The position numbers were made by a program, and so were the translations under genes. Shown here piece after piece: positions 25,787-36,400 of a stretch of DNA of 45,109 nucleotides. Source of the stretch: Candidatus Haladaptatiplasma halalkaliphilum (GTDB taxonomy: Archaea > Thermoplasmatota > Thermoplasmata > Halarchaeoplasmatales > Halarchaeoplasmataceae); contig JAFDTY010000003.1 in assembly GCA_019594055.1 (NCBI GenBank), positions 1-45,109 of the forward strand, in the 5' to 3' direction. Below the pieces are notes generated by a model that saw only the letters and a list, made by a program, of their open reading frames with translations, did not search any database and was not told the DNA's origin. Position 1 is the first letter of the stretch; every line of letters starts with the position of its first letter.

Positions 25787-27127
25787 TTGGCAGAAGACGA
25801 TGGATTCCTATCGGAAATGGAAGGCTTCATGGGCAAGCTCAAACAGCAGAAACGAGAACTGGATGAGAGGGTGGAAGAACTCTCTCAAAGGGAAAGTGAA
25901 CTGGAAGAGCGAGAACAGCAGTTAAGAGAACTTGAGGAAAAAATAAACTCGAAGAAAAAGGAGATTTCGGAAGAAGCGAAACAGCTGAACACCGTAAAAG
26001 CAGAGTTGGACGAACAACGGGAAGTATTGGAAAACGCGAGAAAAAGGCTTGACGAAGAAAGGGATGAGGTAGCAACCCTCAGGGAAAACCTTGTTACAAG
26101 AGTCGAGAAGGCGGAGAAGATCAGGGAAGAGATTATCGGTAAACAACAGTCCCTGGTGGACAGGGAGGAAGCAATACTTGAAAGGGAAAAGGACCTGGAT
26201 GAAAGGGAAAGCATAATCGTATCCAAGGAGGAAGAGATGCTGAAAGAGAGAATGGAAAGCATACAAGCTCTTTCGAGACTGCAGGCATCTTTGGATAGCA
26301 ACATCCAGGAGAGCAAAGAAATAATGGAAAAGGAAAGGATGCTTCTTGATCTGGACAAGGAATTATCCGATAAGAGAAGCAGGTTACTTGTCGCTCATGA
26401 AAAGATGCTGGAACGCGAGAAGGAATTGATCAATGAGAGCGAATCCCTACCCCATTTGGAAGTACCCCCGGTGCCAGACCGGACAGAGGTGCCCTCGGCC
26501 GAGGAAGTTAGCGAGATTCCGGAGGTAATAGAAACCGAGGAAGAAACCGAGGAAGAAACCGAGGAAGAAACCGAGGAAGAACCTGAGGAAGAAACCGAGG
26601 AAGAACCTGAGGAAGAAACCGAGGAAGAACCTGAGGAGGAAACTGAGGAAGAACCTGAGGAGGAAACTGAGGAAGAACCTGAGGAAGAACCCGAGGAAGC
26701 TATTGCCTGTCCCAATTGCGGTACCGAGCTGAGCCCCGATGCGGACATGTGTTATGCTTGTGGAGCAGATATCACGGGTGAGGCTGCGGAGGAAGAAAGT
26801 GAAGGAGAGATATCATGCCCCAACTGCGGTACCGAACTGAGTCCCGATGCGGAGATATGTTATGCATGCGGAACGGACATAACAGGCGAGGCTGCCGAGG
26901 AAGAAAGCGAAGGAGAGATATCATGCCCCAACTGCGGTACCGAACTGAGTCCCGATGCGGAGATATGTTATGCATGCGGAACGGACATAACAGGTCCCGG
27001 TGATGACCAGGGAATAACATGCCCCGTCTGCGGTACCGAACTGAGCCCCAGCGCCGAGATGTGTTATGCGTGCGGTGCGGACATAGAGAGAAAGGAGAGA
27101 TCGACGAAGAAGAAAAAGATAGCCTGA
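25787..27127 (+). CDS. Coiled-coil protein with acidic linker and four C-terminal zinc ribbons
   Basis: About 210 aa of E/K/R/L heptad pattern, then (EEET/EEEP)n, then 4 x CPxCG-x9-CYACG. TTG start with GGGGGA SD and TTATATAA at 25725-25732. Confidence 0.85.
   Translation: MAEDDGFLSEMEGFMGKLKQQKRELDERVEELSQRESELEEREQQLRELEEKINSKKKEISEEAKQLNTVKAELDEQREVLENARKRLDEERDEVATLRENLVTRVEKAEKIREEIIGKQQSLVDREEAILEREKDLDERESIIVSKEEEMLKERMESIQALSRLQASLDSNIQESKEIMEKERMLLDLDKELSDKRSRLLVAHEKMLEREKELINESESLPHLEVPPVPDRTEVPSAEEVSEIPEVIETEEETEEETEEETEEEPEEETEEEPEEETEEEPEEETEEEPEEETEEEPEEEPEEAIACPNCGTELSPDADMCYACGADITGEAAEEESEGEISCPNCGTELSPDAEICYACGTDITGEAAEEESEGEISCPNCGTELSPDAEICYACGTDITGPGDDQGITCPVCGTELSPSAEMCYACGADIERKERSTKKKKIA
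26531..26699 (+). repeat. 12-bp minisatellite encoding EEET/EEEP
   Basis: About 14 units of GAGGAAGAA(ACC/CCT) and variants. Confidence 0.9.
26708..27085 (+). repeat. Zinc-ribbon repeat, 108-bp period
   Basis: First Cys codons at 26708, 26816, 26924 and 27020. Segments 26801-26886 and 26909-26994 are identical. Confidence 0.92.
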
Positions 27128-27208
27128 GCTCTCTATACCCCCTCAGAAAACCTTTTATCTTTAAGTTGACCTATTTGGAAAAGGTACGAAGACTATCAGA
27201 GGCTTAAG

Positions 27209-29749
27209 ATGTGTCCTGTAATCATGATGGTTCGATCGTTTCCAAAGGAACGGGGAAGAACGGAGTCAAGTAGAGCCAAGGAACTATTGAGAAAGGCGGA
27301 TGACCTATGTGACCAGGGTAAGTTTCACCAGGCGGTGGAACTTTACGACCTGGCCCTCGATATAGATGCGAGTGAGATCATATACAACAATAAGGGTGTA
27401 GCGTTGGATTCTTTGGAAGAGCATGAATCGGCCGTGGAATCCTACGATATGGCCATCGGTTTGAGCGAGGATTACATGACAGCATGGCACAATAAAGCAA
27501 ACTCCCTGGTGTACATGGGTTTGTACGAGGAAGCCATCGAATGCTACGACAAGGTGATATCACTGGAACCCGGTTACAACCAGACATACTTTGATAAGGC
27601 GGAGGCTTACATCAAGATCGGTAACTATAGCAAGGCGAAAAAGGCCGTCGAAGAGGGTGTGAACAAGGGCGAGGGAGAGAGGGTGGAACTTTTACTTAAC
27701 AAAGGTAAGATACTCAACGATATCGGCGATCATAAAGGTGCCCTTGAAGTATATGACGAGGCCATAGATCTGGATGAAAATAACCTTGAGCTGTGGAAAT
27801 TTCGGGCGGATACACTCCTTAACCTCGGGCTGTTCAAAGAGGCGAACGAAACCTACGATGACATAATGTCATCTACACAGGACGAGGAGTTATGGAACAA
27901 CAAGGGCTATGTACTGTTTTCCACGGGAAATTATCCCGAGGCCGTGAAATGTTACAAACGTTCCCTGGATATGTCTCCCGAGTTCGGACCGGCACATTAC
28001 AACCTGGCTTACCTGTACCATACCACTGGTGAATACCGGGAGGCGGTCAAGCACTACAAGGAGGCTGCGAAAACGGACCCGAAAAACCAGGTTCTCTGGA
28101 ATAATCTGGGCAATGCCCTCTACAACATGGGTAGATACGAGGACAGCTTGCCTTACTTTCTGAAGGCTACGGAGTCAAACCCCGAATATCATATCGCGTG
28201 GAACAACATAGGCAATGTACTGGACAAGTTGGGCGACTACGATAGTGCTGTTAAGTACCATGAAAAGGCCATCAAGCTAAGCCCGAACATGGATTACTAT
28301 CACTATGCCCTGGGTCACGCCCTGGCGAAAACAGGAAAGATGGAGGAGGGACTAGAGGAGGTGAACATATCCCTGGACCTGAACCCAAATTACGAAAATG
28401 CATTGTACGTTAAAGCTGATATACTCAGGATGTTGGGGCGAGTGGACGAATGCCTGGATACCATAGATGAGATAATAAGGGTCAACCCGCGATTTGCCAA
28501 GGCATGGGAGATGAGGGGCAACACACTCGAGGAACACGGGAAGTACGAAGAATCCAGACTTTCCTTCGAAGAGGCCCTAAAGGCTTACGAGAAGAACTTC
28601 ATCAGTTTCAACGAAAGGTCCGCTCTTATCTCAAAAGGGGCATTACTCGAAGAACTCGGACGTTATGAAGAGGCACTGGAGACCTATGAAAGATTGCTCG
28701 AGGAGCCCCATAGTGATGTGACACCCTGGGTGAAGAAGATCTCCATGCTCCTCGAATTGAACGATCATCGTCAGGCAGTGGTAACCGCCAGTCGAGCTCT
28801 TGAAGAATTCGACGACCCTCGGTTGTTGATTCTAAAAGGCAAAGGGTATCAAGGTATCGGTAACCACGAAAAGGCTGAGATATACTTCAGGAAGGCTTAC
28901 GAGGTGGATGGAGCGGATGCACGGATCGCCCTGGCCCGCCTTCTGGGTGACAGGGGTGAATACTCTGCTGCCCTGGAGATCATCCGGGGTGATGGTTGGG
29001 AGGAAAGGCTTCTCAGGGGTAACATACAACTCGAGCGGGGACATCTGGTGGATGCGGAACTTACCTTCAGGGAACTTGTTGACGAGAGAGTGAGCAGTTT
29101 ACAGGCGTGGTTCGGCCTGGGTAATACACTGTCTAAGAAGGGGGAGGTGAAGGAGGCGATGAAAGCCTTCGACACGTGCATAGGTATACGGGAAGATTTC
29201 GAACCGGCCTGGTACCACAAGGCTCTTTTATACATGAAACAAGGTAAGGAGAAGAAGGCCATGGATTTTGCGAGGAAGGCAATATCCTTGGCCAACGGAG
29301 TTTACAGGGATGCGGAAAGATTGGTGATGCGGCTGGAAGGCAAGGTCGTGGATGACGACACACTGGAAGAAGAGTTCAGGGAAAAAATTCATGATGTAAA
29401 GGTAGAACTGGCCCAGGTAAGAGGCTTGGGTGTTAACATCACACCCGTAAAGCTTAGCATGAAAAAGACCATGGATGCCGCAAAGGCAGGTGATTATCAA
29501 AGGGGCCTTGAACTGTGCGAGGGCATGCTTACGGACATGGATAGGATAAGAAAAATACACCTCCTTTCGAAGGATGTAAAGATCCTTTTGCTTAAGATGA
29601 AGGAATCGGGTTCGGATTATGGCGAATATGTTGAACTTTTAAAAGGTGTAAAAGTTTATGTGGAACAGGGAAACTACATGGAAGCCCACGAACTTTTGAT
29701 CACTCTGACTGACAGATTGAACGAGGAAGCTATTACCGTAGATTATTAA
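27209..29749 (+). CDS. Large tetratricopeptide-repeat protein with C-terminal helical-bundle repeats
   Basis: Many 34-aa repeats (W.NKG..L...G.Y.EA...Y..A....P). The start could also be a nearby downstream ATG. Confidence 0.92.
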   Translation: MCPVIMMVRSFPKERGRTESSRAKELLRKADDLCDQGKFHQAVELYDLALDIDASEIIYNNKGVALDSLEEHESAVESYDMAIGLSEDYMTAWHNKANSLVYMGLYEEAIECYDKVISLEPGYNQTYFDKAEAYIKIGNYSKAKKAVEEGVNKGEGERVELLLNKGKILNDIGDHKGALEVYDEAIDLDENNLELWKFRADTLLNLGLFKEANETYDDIMSSTQDEELWNNKGYVLFSTGNYPEAVKCYKRSLDMSPEFGPAHYNLAYLYHTTGEYREAVKHYKEAAKTDPKNQVLWNNLGNALYNMGRYEDSLPYFLKATESNPEYHIAWNNIGNVLDKLGDYDSAVKYHEKAIKLSPNMDYYHYALGHALAKTGKMEEGLEEVNISLDLNPNYENALYVKADILRMLGRVDECLDTIDEIIRVNPRFAKAWEMRGNTLEEHGKYEESRLSFEEALKAYEKNFISFNERSALISKGALLEELGRYEEALETYERLLEEPHSDVTPWVKKISMLLELNDHRQAVVTASRALEEFDDPRLLILKGKGYQGIGNHEKAEIYFRKAYEVDGADARIALARLLGDRGEYSAALEIIRGDGWEERLLRGNIQLERGHLVDAELTFRELVDERVSSLQAWFGLGNTLSKKGEVKEAMKAFDTCIGIREDFEPAWYHKALLYMKQGKEKKAMDFARKAISLANGVYRDAERLVMRLEGKVVDDDTLEEEFREKIHDVKVELAQVRGLGVNITPVKLSMKKTMDAAKAGDYQRGLELCEGMLTDMDRIRKIHLLSKDVKILLLKMKESGSDYGEYVELLKGVKVYVEQGNYMEAHELLITLTDRLNEEAITVDY

Positions 29750-29832
29750 CATAGTGGTTACAGAACTCATTCAATTGAGGGAAGGCGAAAGCATTTAACC
29801 CACTCCCATCATATACCTTTCGAGGTCAAACA

Positions 29833-31017
29833 ATGGAAGTAGGACTGGTAGGCAAGCCCAACGTGGGTAAAAGCACTTTCTTCTCAGCAGCCACGCGCCT
29901 GGAGGTGGAGGTGGCTTCGTACCCTTTCACCACCATCGAGGCGAACATGGGTGTTGCCTACATAAGGAACCGATGCCCACACCAGGAACTCGGTGTAGAA
30001 TGCGACCCTCACAACGCACCCTGTTTGGACGGCACCAGGCTCATTCCCATAAAGGTAATAGATGTGGCGGGACTCGTACCCGACGCCCACACCGGCAAGG
30101 GACTGGGTAACAAGTTCCTGGACGACCTGAGACAGGCATCCACCCTCATACATATCGTTGATGCCAGCGGATGCACCGATTCCGAAGGTGTGTCCTGCGG
30201 AAGGGGCGAGCACGACCCCAGGGAGGATGTGGAATTTTTGACAAGAGAGGTTGACCACTGGATAAGGGGCATACTTGAAAGGAACTGGGACAAGGTATCG
30301 AGAAAACTTGAGGTTGTGGGCGGTAAGGTCGACCGAGCCGTACACGAGCAGTTATCAGGCCTCGGGGTATCGGAGGGCGTTGTGACCATGGCCATGAGGG
30401 AGACGGAGCTCCCGGCTAACCCGAAATCATGGTCAGAGGATGACCTTTACACCCTGGCAAGGTCCATACGCCACAAGGCAAAACCCATCATTATTTCCGC
30501 CAACAAGGGGGATCAGGCCTCCGACGAGTTGATGGATTCCCTAAAATCCTTAAAAGATGAAACGGTAATACCCACTTCCGCGGAATACGAGTTGGCCCTG
30601 CGAAAGGCATCGGAAAGCGGGATCGTGGAGTACCTGCCGGGAGATGATATATTCAAGGTACTCAGAGAAGACATCACGGATGCCCAGAGGTCCGCTCTCG
30701 AAAAGATAGGGGAGTATATGAAGAGATTCCGGGGAACCGGGGTTCAACAGACCCTGGAAAGGGCAGTATACGAACTTCTGGACATGATAGTGGTCTATCC
30801 TGTGGAGAACGAGCACAGCTACTGCGACAAGGAGGGGAGAGTTCTGCCCGATGCACACCTATTACCCAGGGGTAGCACGGCGGAGGACCTCGCCTACGCT
30901 GTACATACTGACATCGGAAAGGGCTTCATAAGGGCCATAGATTCCAGGACTGACAGGGTCATCGGTAGAGACCACGAGTTGAAAGACGGTGATGTGATTA
31001 AGATTGTCTCCAAATGA
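29833..31017 (+). CDS. ychF: YchF/Obg-family P-loop NTPase with TGS domain
   Basis: GKPNVGKST, YPFTTI, DVAGLV, GLGNKFL, ANKGD and HTDIGKGF...LKDGDVI. GAGGT SD. Confidence 0.92.
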   Translation: MEVGLVGKPNVGKSTFFSAATRLEVEVASYPFTTIEANMGVAYIRNRCPHQELGVECDPHNAPCLDGTRLIPIKVIDVAGLVPDAHTGKGLGNKFLDDLRQASTLIHIVDASGCTDSEGVSCGRGEHDPREDVEFLTREVDHWIRGILERNWDKVSRKLEVVGGKVDRAVHEQLSGLGVSEGVVTMAMRETELPANPKSWSEDDLYTLARSIRHKAKPIIISANKGDQASDELMDSLKSLKDETVIPTSAEYELALRKASESGIVEYLPGDDIFKVLREDITDAQRSALEKIGEYMKRFRGTGVQQTLERAVYELLDMIVVYPVENEHSYCDKEGRVLPDAHLLPRGSTAEDLAYAVHTDIGKGFIRAIDSRTDRVIGRDHELKDGDVIKIVSK

Positions 31018-33403
31018 TAAGTTAGTCGAAGAAAGGGTAAGGATCATTTCGGGTTCCTACAGCTCATGCCAGAGCGGTGTAAAGGTGGAACTTTTCGGTA
31101 AGAACGAGGGTGGTGAATCACTCACACTTATATACAGGGGCTTCAAGCCGTACTTCTACATAGTTCAACCCACCCATGAGATGGTGGACGAATTGAGACA
31201 GGAAGGGGAGGTCATAAGACTCGAAGATGCCAAATTGTGGGTTAACGGTGATACAAAACACTGCAAGAAGGTGGTATGCACTCATCCCATGGTGGTGCCA
31301 AAATACCGGGACATGTACAAAAGTAACCGCACCATTCTGGCTGCAGACATACCCTTTGTTCAGAGGTTCATATACGATCTTGACCTAGGCTCCACGGTGA
31401 CGGCAAGGGGGACGGAGGTAAAAGACGGTGATTACACTACGGACAGGGTCATGGAGGTGGAGGAGTTATGCGACGCCGAACCCCTGAACCCGGAACTCAA
31501 GTACCTGGGCTTCGACCTTGAGAACAGCCTGGAGGATAACAGAATATTCACAATATGCTGTCGAGTGTACGGGCACGGCAAGGACAGGGATGTGTGCATA
31601 AGCGGGGATGAAAAGGAGATGATCGAGGAGTTCCAGCGGTTGATAATGGATGAAGACCCGGATGTTATCACCGGGTACAATATAAACGGGTACGACCTGC
31701 CCTTGCTGGACGAGAGGGCACGTCTATTGGGTATGGACGGGGTGTGTCTGGGACGGGACGGGACACCCATCAGGGAGGCCTCCAAGCGATTTTGGCGGGT
31801 GACGGGAAGGATGATCGCGGATGCGTGGTGGTGTGCAAGGAGAGAACTCAGTCTGAAGAGGGAAACCCTGAACCACGTTGCCAAGGAATTGCTGGGAGAG
31901 GAAAAAGACGACGTTGACCCACTCATGATGGATAGCGAGTGGGAGGCGGACCCCGGGAAGGTGATGGGGTACTGTTTAAAGGATGCCGACCTTGCCCTCA
32001 GGATACTCCTGGAACTTGGGTCGATACAAAAGGCCATGGACATGGCCACGGTTTCAAGGCTGCCAGTTGACGACGGATTGAACGGGAGGACATCGACCCT
32101 TGTGGATTCCATACTCATAAGGGAAGCGGACAGACATGATATCGGTGTACCCTTGACCAGCAGGGGTGCGAAGAGTGGAAAGATAAAGGGGGGATATGTG
32201 CATTCCATCGAACCCGGCCTCTACCATTGGGTGAGCGTCCTCGATTTCAAAAGCATGTACCCCAGCATCATAATCGACAACAATATCTGTTTCACAACTA
32301 TCAGTAAGAAGGGTGATATCAGTAGCCCTACGGGTGTGAGGTTCCTGGGGACACATCAGAGGGAGGGGCTGCTCCCACGTATCCTGCGTGAGCTCATGAG
32401 GGAAAGGGACGAGGTGAAGGAGAAGATGAATCGAACGGAGGGTGACGAAAGGCGTTATTACAGGGGTCTGCAGGATGCCATCAAGATACTCATGAACTCT
32501 TTTTACGGAGTTTTTGCATCCTCTTTCTATCGCTTCACCGATCAACGCATAGGGGAATCCATCACTGCCTTTGCCAGGGAGAACATCAAGCGGGTGATAA
32601 CCGAGCTGGAGAAGGATGGTTTACGTGTTATATACTCCGATACGGACAGCGTATTCTTCCGTTCGCCCTTTGACGAACTCGACCGAACGGTGGAATTCAC
32701 AAAACGTATCGCCGATGAGTATACCCGGGGTGATGTGACCCTGGAATTCGAGAAGGTGCTGAACCCCTTCTTCAGTCACGGGCGTAAGAAAAGGTACGTA
32801 GGTAAGGTCATCTGGCCCCTAGAGGAGATGCTGGTAAGGGGTTACGAAGTAAGGCGGACGGATTCCTTCGAGGCGCAGAACGAGGCCCTGGAAGACGTTT
32901 TCAGACATGTGATGAACGATGATATAGACGGTGCCATAGAGACGGCAAAGACATGGGTCGATAGGGTGAGAAACAACGAAGTGAACCCGGAAAAGCTGGT
33001 CATATCCAGAACATGCAAGAACTACTCGTCCTATGTGAACCCCGACAGCATGCCCAATGTTCAGGCTGCCAGGAAGATGGAAAAGCTCGGTTACAAGTTC
33101 ACCCCTGGCATGAAGGTCTCATGGGTGGTTACAGACGGAAAAAGCAGTCCCCAGAAAGTGGAGCCATGGCTTCCCGACGGGGAGATGAAGGGGGAGCCGG
33201 ATCGGGATTACTACGCCCGGCGTATCGCCAGTACCCTGTCACGGGTTACCGACGTTTTCGGCTGGGACATGAAGGGGTTGATGGCGGGTAACAAACAGTC
33301 CAATCTGCTTTCGGGGATGTTCAACAACAGGGATCAAGGGGAAGATAAGAAGAAGAAAAAGAAGGATACCGTAAGGAAGATGACACTTCACGATTTCCTG
33401 TGA
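31004..33403 (+). CDS. polB: Family B DNA polymerase with intact 3'-5' exonuclease motifs
   Basis: ExoI FDLEN, ExoII GYNINGYD, ExoIII YCLKDA, and polymerase motifs DFKSMYPSII, KILMNSFYG, YSDTDS, KKRY. TTG start overlaps the end of ychF. Confidence 0.95.
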   Translation: MSPNDKLVEERVRIISGSYSSCQSGVKVELFGKNEGGESLTLIYRGFKPYFYIVQPTHEMVDELRQEGEVIRLEDAKLWVNGDTKHCKKVVCTHPMVVPKYRDMYKSNRTILAADIPFVQRFIYDLDLGSTVTARGTEVKDGDYTTDRVMEVEELCDAEPLNPELKYLGFDLENSLEDNRIFTICCRVYGHGKDRDVCISGDEKEMIEEFQRLIMDEDPDVITGYNINGYDLPLLDERARLLGMDGVCLGRDGTPIREASKRFWRVTGRMIADAWWCARRELSLKRETLNHVAKELLGEEKDDVDPLMMDSEWEADPGKVMGYCLKDADLALRILLELGSIQKAMDMATVSRLPVDDGLNGRTSTLVDSILIREADRHDIGVPLTSRGAKSGKIKGGYVHSIEPGLYHWVSVLDFKSMYPSIIIDNNICFTTISKKGDISSPTGVRFLGTHQREGLLPRILRELMRERDEVKEKMNRTEGDERRYYRGLQDAIKILMNSFYGVFASSFYRFTDQRIGESITAFARENIKRVITELEKDGLRVIYSDTDSVFFRSPFDELDRTVEFTKRIADEYTRGDVTLEFEKVLNPFFSHGRKKRYVGKVIWPLEEMLVRGYEVRRTDSFEAQNEALEDVFRHVMNDDIDGAIETAKTWVDRVRNNEVNPEKLVISRTCKNYSSYVNPDSMPNVQAARKMEKLGYKFTPGMKVSWVVTDGKSSPQKVEPWLPDGEMKGEPDRDYYARRIASTLSRVTDVFGWDMKGLMAGNKQSNLLSGMFNNRDQGEDKKKKKKDTVRKMTLHDFL

Positions 33404-33415
33404 CATCATTGGGGA

Positions 33416-36400
33416 TCACCAGCCGAAGTACTCGTCCTGGTAATCTTCCAGGGGTTTTATCTTTACGGAATTTTTACGTCTTACATCACCTTTTTTGCAG
33501 AAAAGCAGTGCAACTCCGCAAAGAGCGGTTATCAGCACGACGACCAAGGGGAACAGGTCACTGTCGAGCTCACGAACATGAGTTACATCGGTGGTAAAGT
33601 TCCATTCCATCTCCAGACGGTTCCCTGCAGGGTCGGCGACCCCGAGTTTTACCGTATAAGTGGTATTGCGTTCAAGGTGCCCTTGAGGGACAAAGGTCAA
33701 CACCTCGTGGTTGGAAGATATGTACCACGTACCATTGACAACACCCGTTTCGCATCGGAGGTTGATGGTTACCGTTGAAGGCGATACCGGTTCGTCGAAG
33801 GTCACTACCAGCGGCATATCGACCCTAACACCCCTGGAACCGGGTGGCGGGTGTATACTTACGATGCCCGGGGTTACGGTGTCGATGGTTATCACCCCTT
33901 CCGCAATAAACGCTTTATCCTCCCTGTTACCCGCCGCATCCACGGCAAGGGTCAAGAACTGGTAGAAACCATCCTCCCGGGCGGTGAACTCTATGGTACC
34001 CGTGTATGAAGGGCCGCTTATTTCCTTGGATATGTTGGAGTACCTCCAGGGACCGCCTTCCCTACGATGATACAGTTCAACTGCAAGTAGTCGGTGGTTA
34101 TCGTGGGCGGTGAATGGTATGCTGACCGTCCTGTTATTGGTATGGGTTCCCAGTTCATCCAAGGGGTCCGCCGCGCTGGTGGGAGGAGACCTGTCATGAC
34201 CCAGTGCAAAGAGGTAACCAGGTGAATAGGTAACGTAAATGGTACCGTACATAGAGATAACGGGCGAGCCAAAATATCCGTCGGAGTACATATATGGGCT
34301 GGGCGATGTCCATCTGACGGTTCCGTCGGGGTTCACCGAATGTAGTTCTCCGGAACCCACATATATGGAACCGTCACCGGCCAAAGTTATCTCCGATATA
34401 CTGTTGACCTGATAGGTCCATTTAACCGTACCATCCCCATCCAAAGCATAGAGCAGTCCTTCCTGCTGGCCTGTTAGAACACCCATGTAGACCGTGCCGT
34501 GATAGGATAGGGAAGGGGATGTACACAAGGTACCGTCCAGGGTTATCTCGTTCAGAAGGGTTCCCGACTCCCCTATAACATAAACCCTGCTTTTTTCTGA
34601 AATGGAAAGGTCGAAATAGACGGTCCCGTTTTTGGACACCACCGGTGAGAAGTGGGACCATGCATGGTATCCGGTATCGTACCTCCACACCAGATTTCCG
34701 TACCTGTTGAGAGCGTAAAGATTACCGTCAAAGGAAAAGGCATACAGCGTCCCGTTACCATCCAGTGAGATGGATGAGGACACGGGCCCTCCCGTCTCGT
34801 ACTCCCATATCAAATTACCATCCGTATCGATGGCCCGGATGTAATTATCAAAAGAACCTATATATATACTCCCGTCACTGCCGAGTGCGGGAGAAGAGTT
34901 TATGGGACCCCCCGTAGGATAAGACCACTTTACAATACCGTCCGTATCCACGGCGTAAAGATTTCCGTCGAAGGAACCCACATATACTGTTCCGTCCAAT
35001 CCCACGGCAGGCGAGGCAAGCAATGAACCATTGCCAAGGTCAAGCATCCAGATGGTTTCACCTCCGGGAGATACCGCATATATGTATCCCGCGTGATCCC
35101 CAACGTATATGGTTCCGTCGATACCCGTCACCGGCTGCATGGTCAAGCTGCCCAGGGTGCTGAAGCTCCATTCCAGCTGACCCGGATTATCGCTGGTGTC
35201 GTAAGGGCTCTGGCCTGTACGGCCCGTATCGTGTTTAAAAACCGGCCAGGCGCTCTCGTAGGGTGTGAAATATGTCCGGAAGTTCCAGTTATATGGCTCT
35301 CCCGTGTTACCGGCGAGATCCCTGTAATCCGTGATCTCGAGAGTGACTTCCATCCCCTTGGACCAGGGGTGATGGGTCCAGGAAGCGGTGTCGTTGACGT
35401 TATGTGTCGTGCTCCACCCTGCAAAATTCCAGCCCCCGGGGTCGGTCCCACGGGTCTGCTCCAGATAGGGAATGCTGGTTGTATCCATACTCTCGTTGAA
35501 CACCACCACCACACCCGTGTCCGGTTTGATACTTACGGAAGTGTCGGAGGGCACCGTCAGCACCACATGGGGTGGGAACACATCGTATTCAAGGGTGGTT
35601 GCCGTGGTGAAGGACCACATGTACGTGTCCACCGGATGCCCCTCGAATACATCGTTACCGTTGCCATCCAGGAAATTATCGTACAGGTCCTTAAGGTAGG
35701 ATGCGTTAAGGGCTAACCTGTAGGTGGTGTTCTTGTCCAATGGACGGTCAGGCAGGATGGTGAATTCGGTCTTTTCCCCATCCCACGAAAGGCTGAAGGG
35801 CAGCCGGGGCCACTCTACGTACCCCTGATAGAAGGATATGCCTCTCTCCACCGAAAGTGGGCACATGGTCTTGTCAAATTCCACGGTGATGGACGGTCGC
35901 AGAGCAACGGCACGGTCCCCGTCCCCGGGGTAAGTGGATATCACCTTAGGACTGGTATCGTCACCCCGGACCACGATAGATGGAGATCGCATCTCGTAAA
36001 GATCACCGACCCTGTCGGGAAAGGCGATACCGAATTGTTTAACATCCACGATCTTAGTCCCCAGTAATATGCCCGAGGGGGCGTATTCGCTTATGTTGAA
36101 AACCGCCAGAAGGCTGCGGCTTTCACCCTGGGGAATAACAAGATCCACGGACGGAAAATTTGCCCTTTTTCTGGTAAAACCGGCCTTTCCCAAAAGGATG
36201 TCGTGGTCCGGATCCAGCTGACCGTCTCCCCCCATGTCCAGATACAGGAGGACCGTTTCCACATCCGCATCCCTCCCGGTACCTGCAAGGTAGAGCTCCA
36301 GGTCTTCAAGGATTATGGTGGAATCGGGAGCCGAAAGGTGAAGACGTCCGGCCACAACATCCCTTTGACCCCGGAGACCGTAAAAATCCTCTCCCTGGTC

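Noticed and set aside
26395-26748. Ser-rich repeat protein on the minus strand
   Set aside because: It is only the reverse reading of the GAGGAAGAA minisatellite.
31004-33403. Intein-containing, inactivated or mobile-element (casposon/viral) PolB
   Set aside because: Length is normal, catalytic motifs are contiguous and intact, the context is housekeeping, and no integrase, cas1 or terminal repeats were seen.
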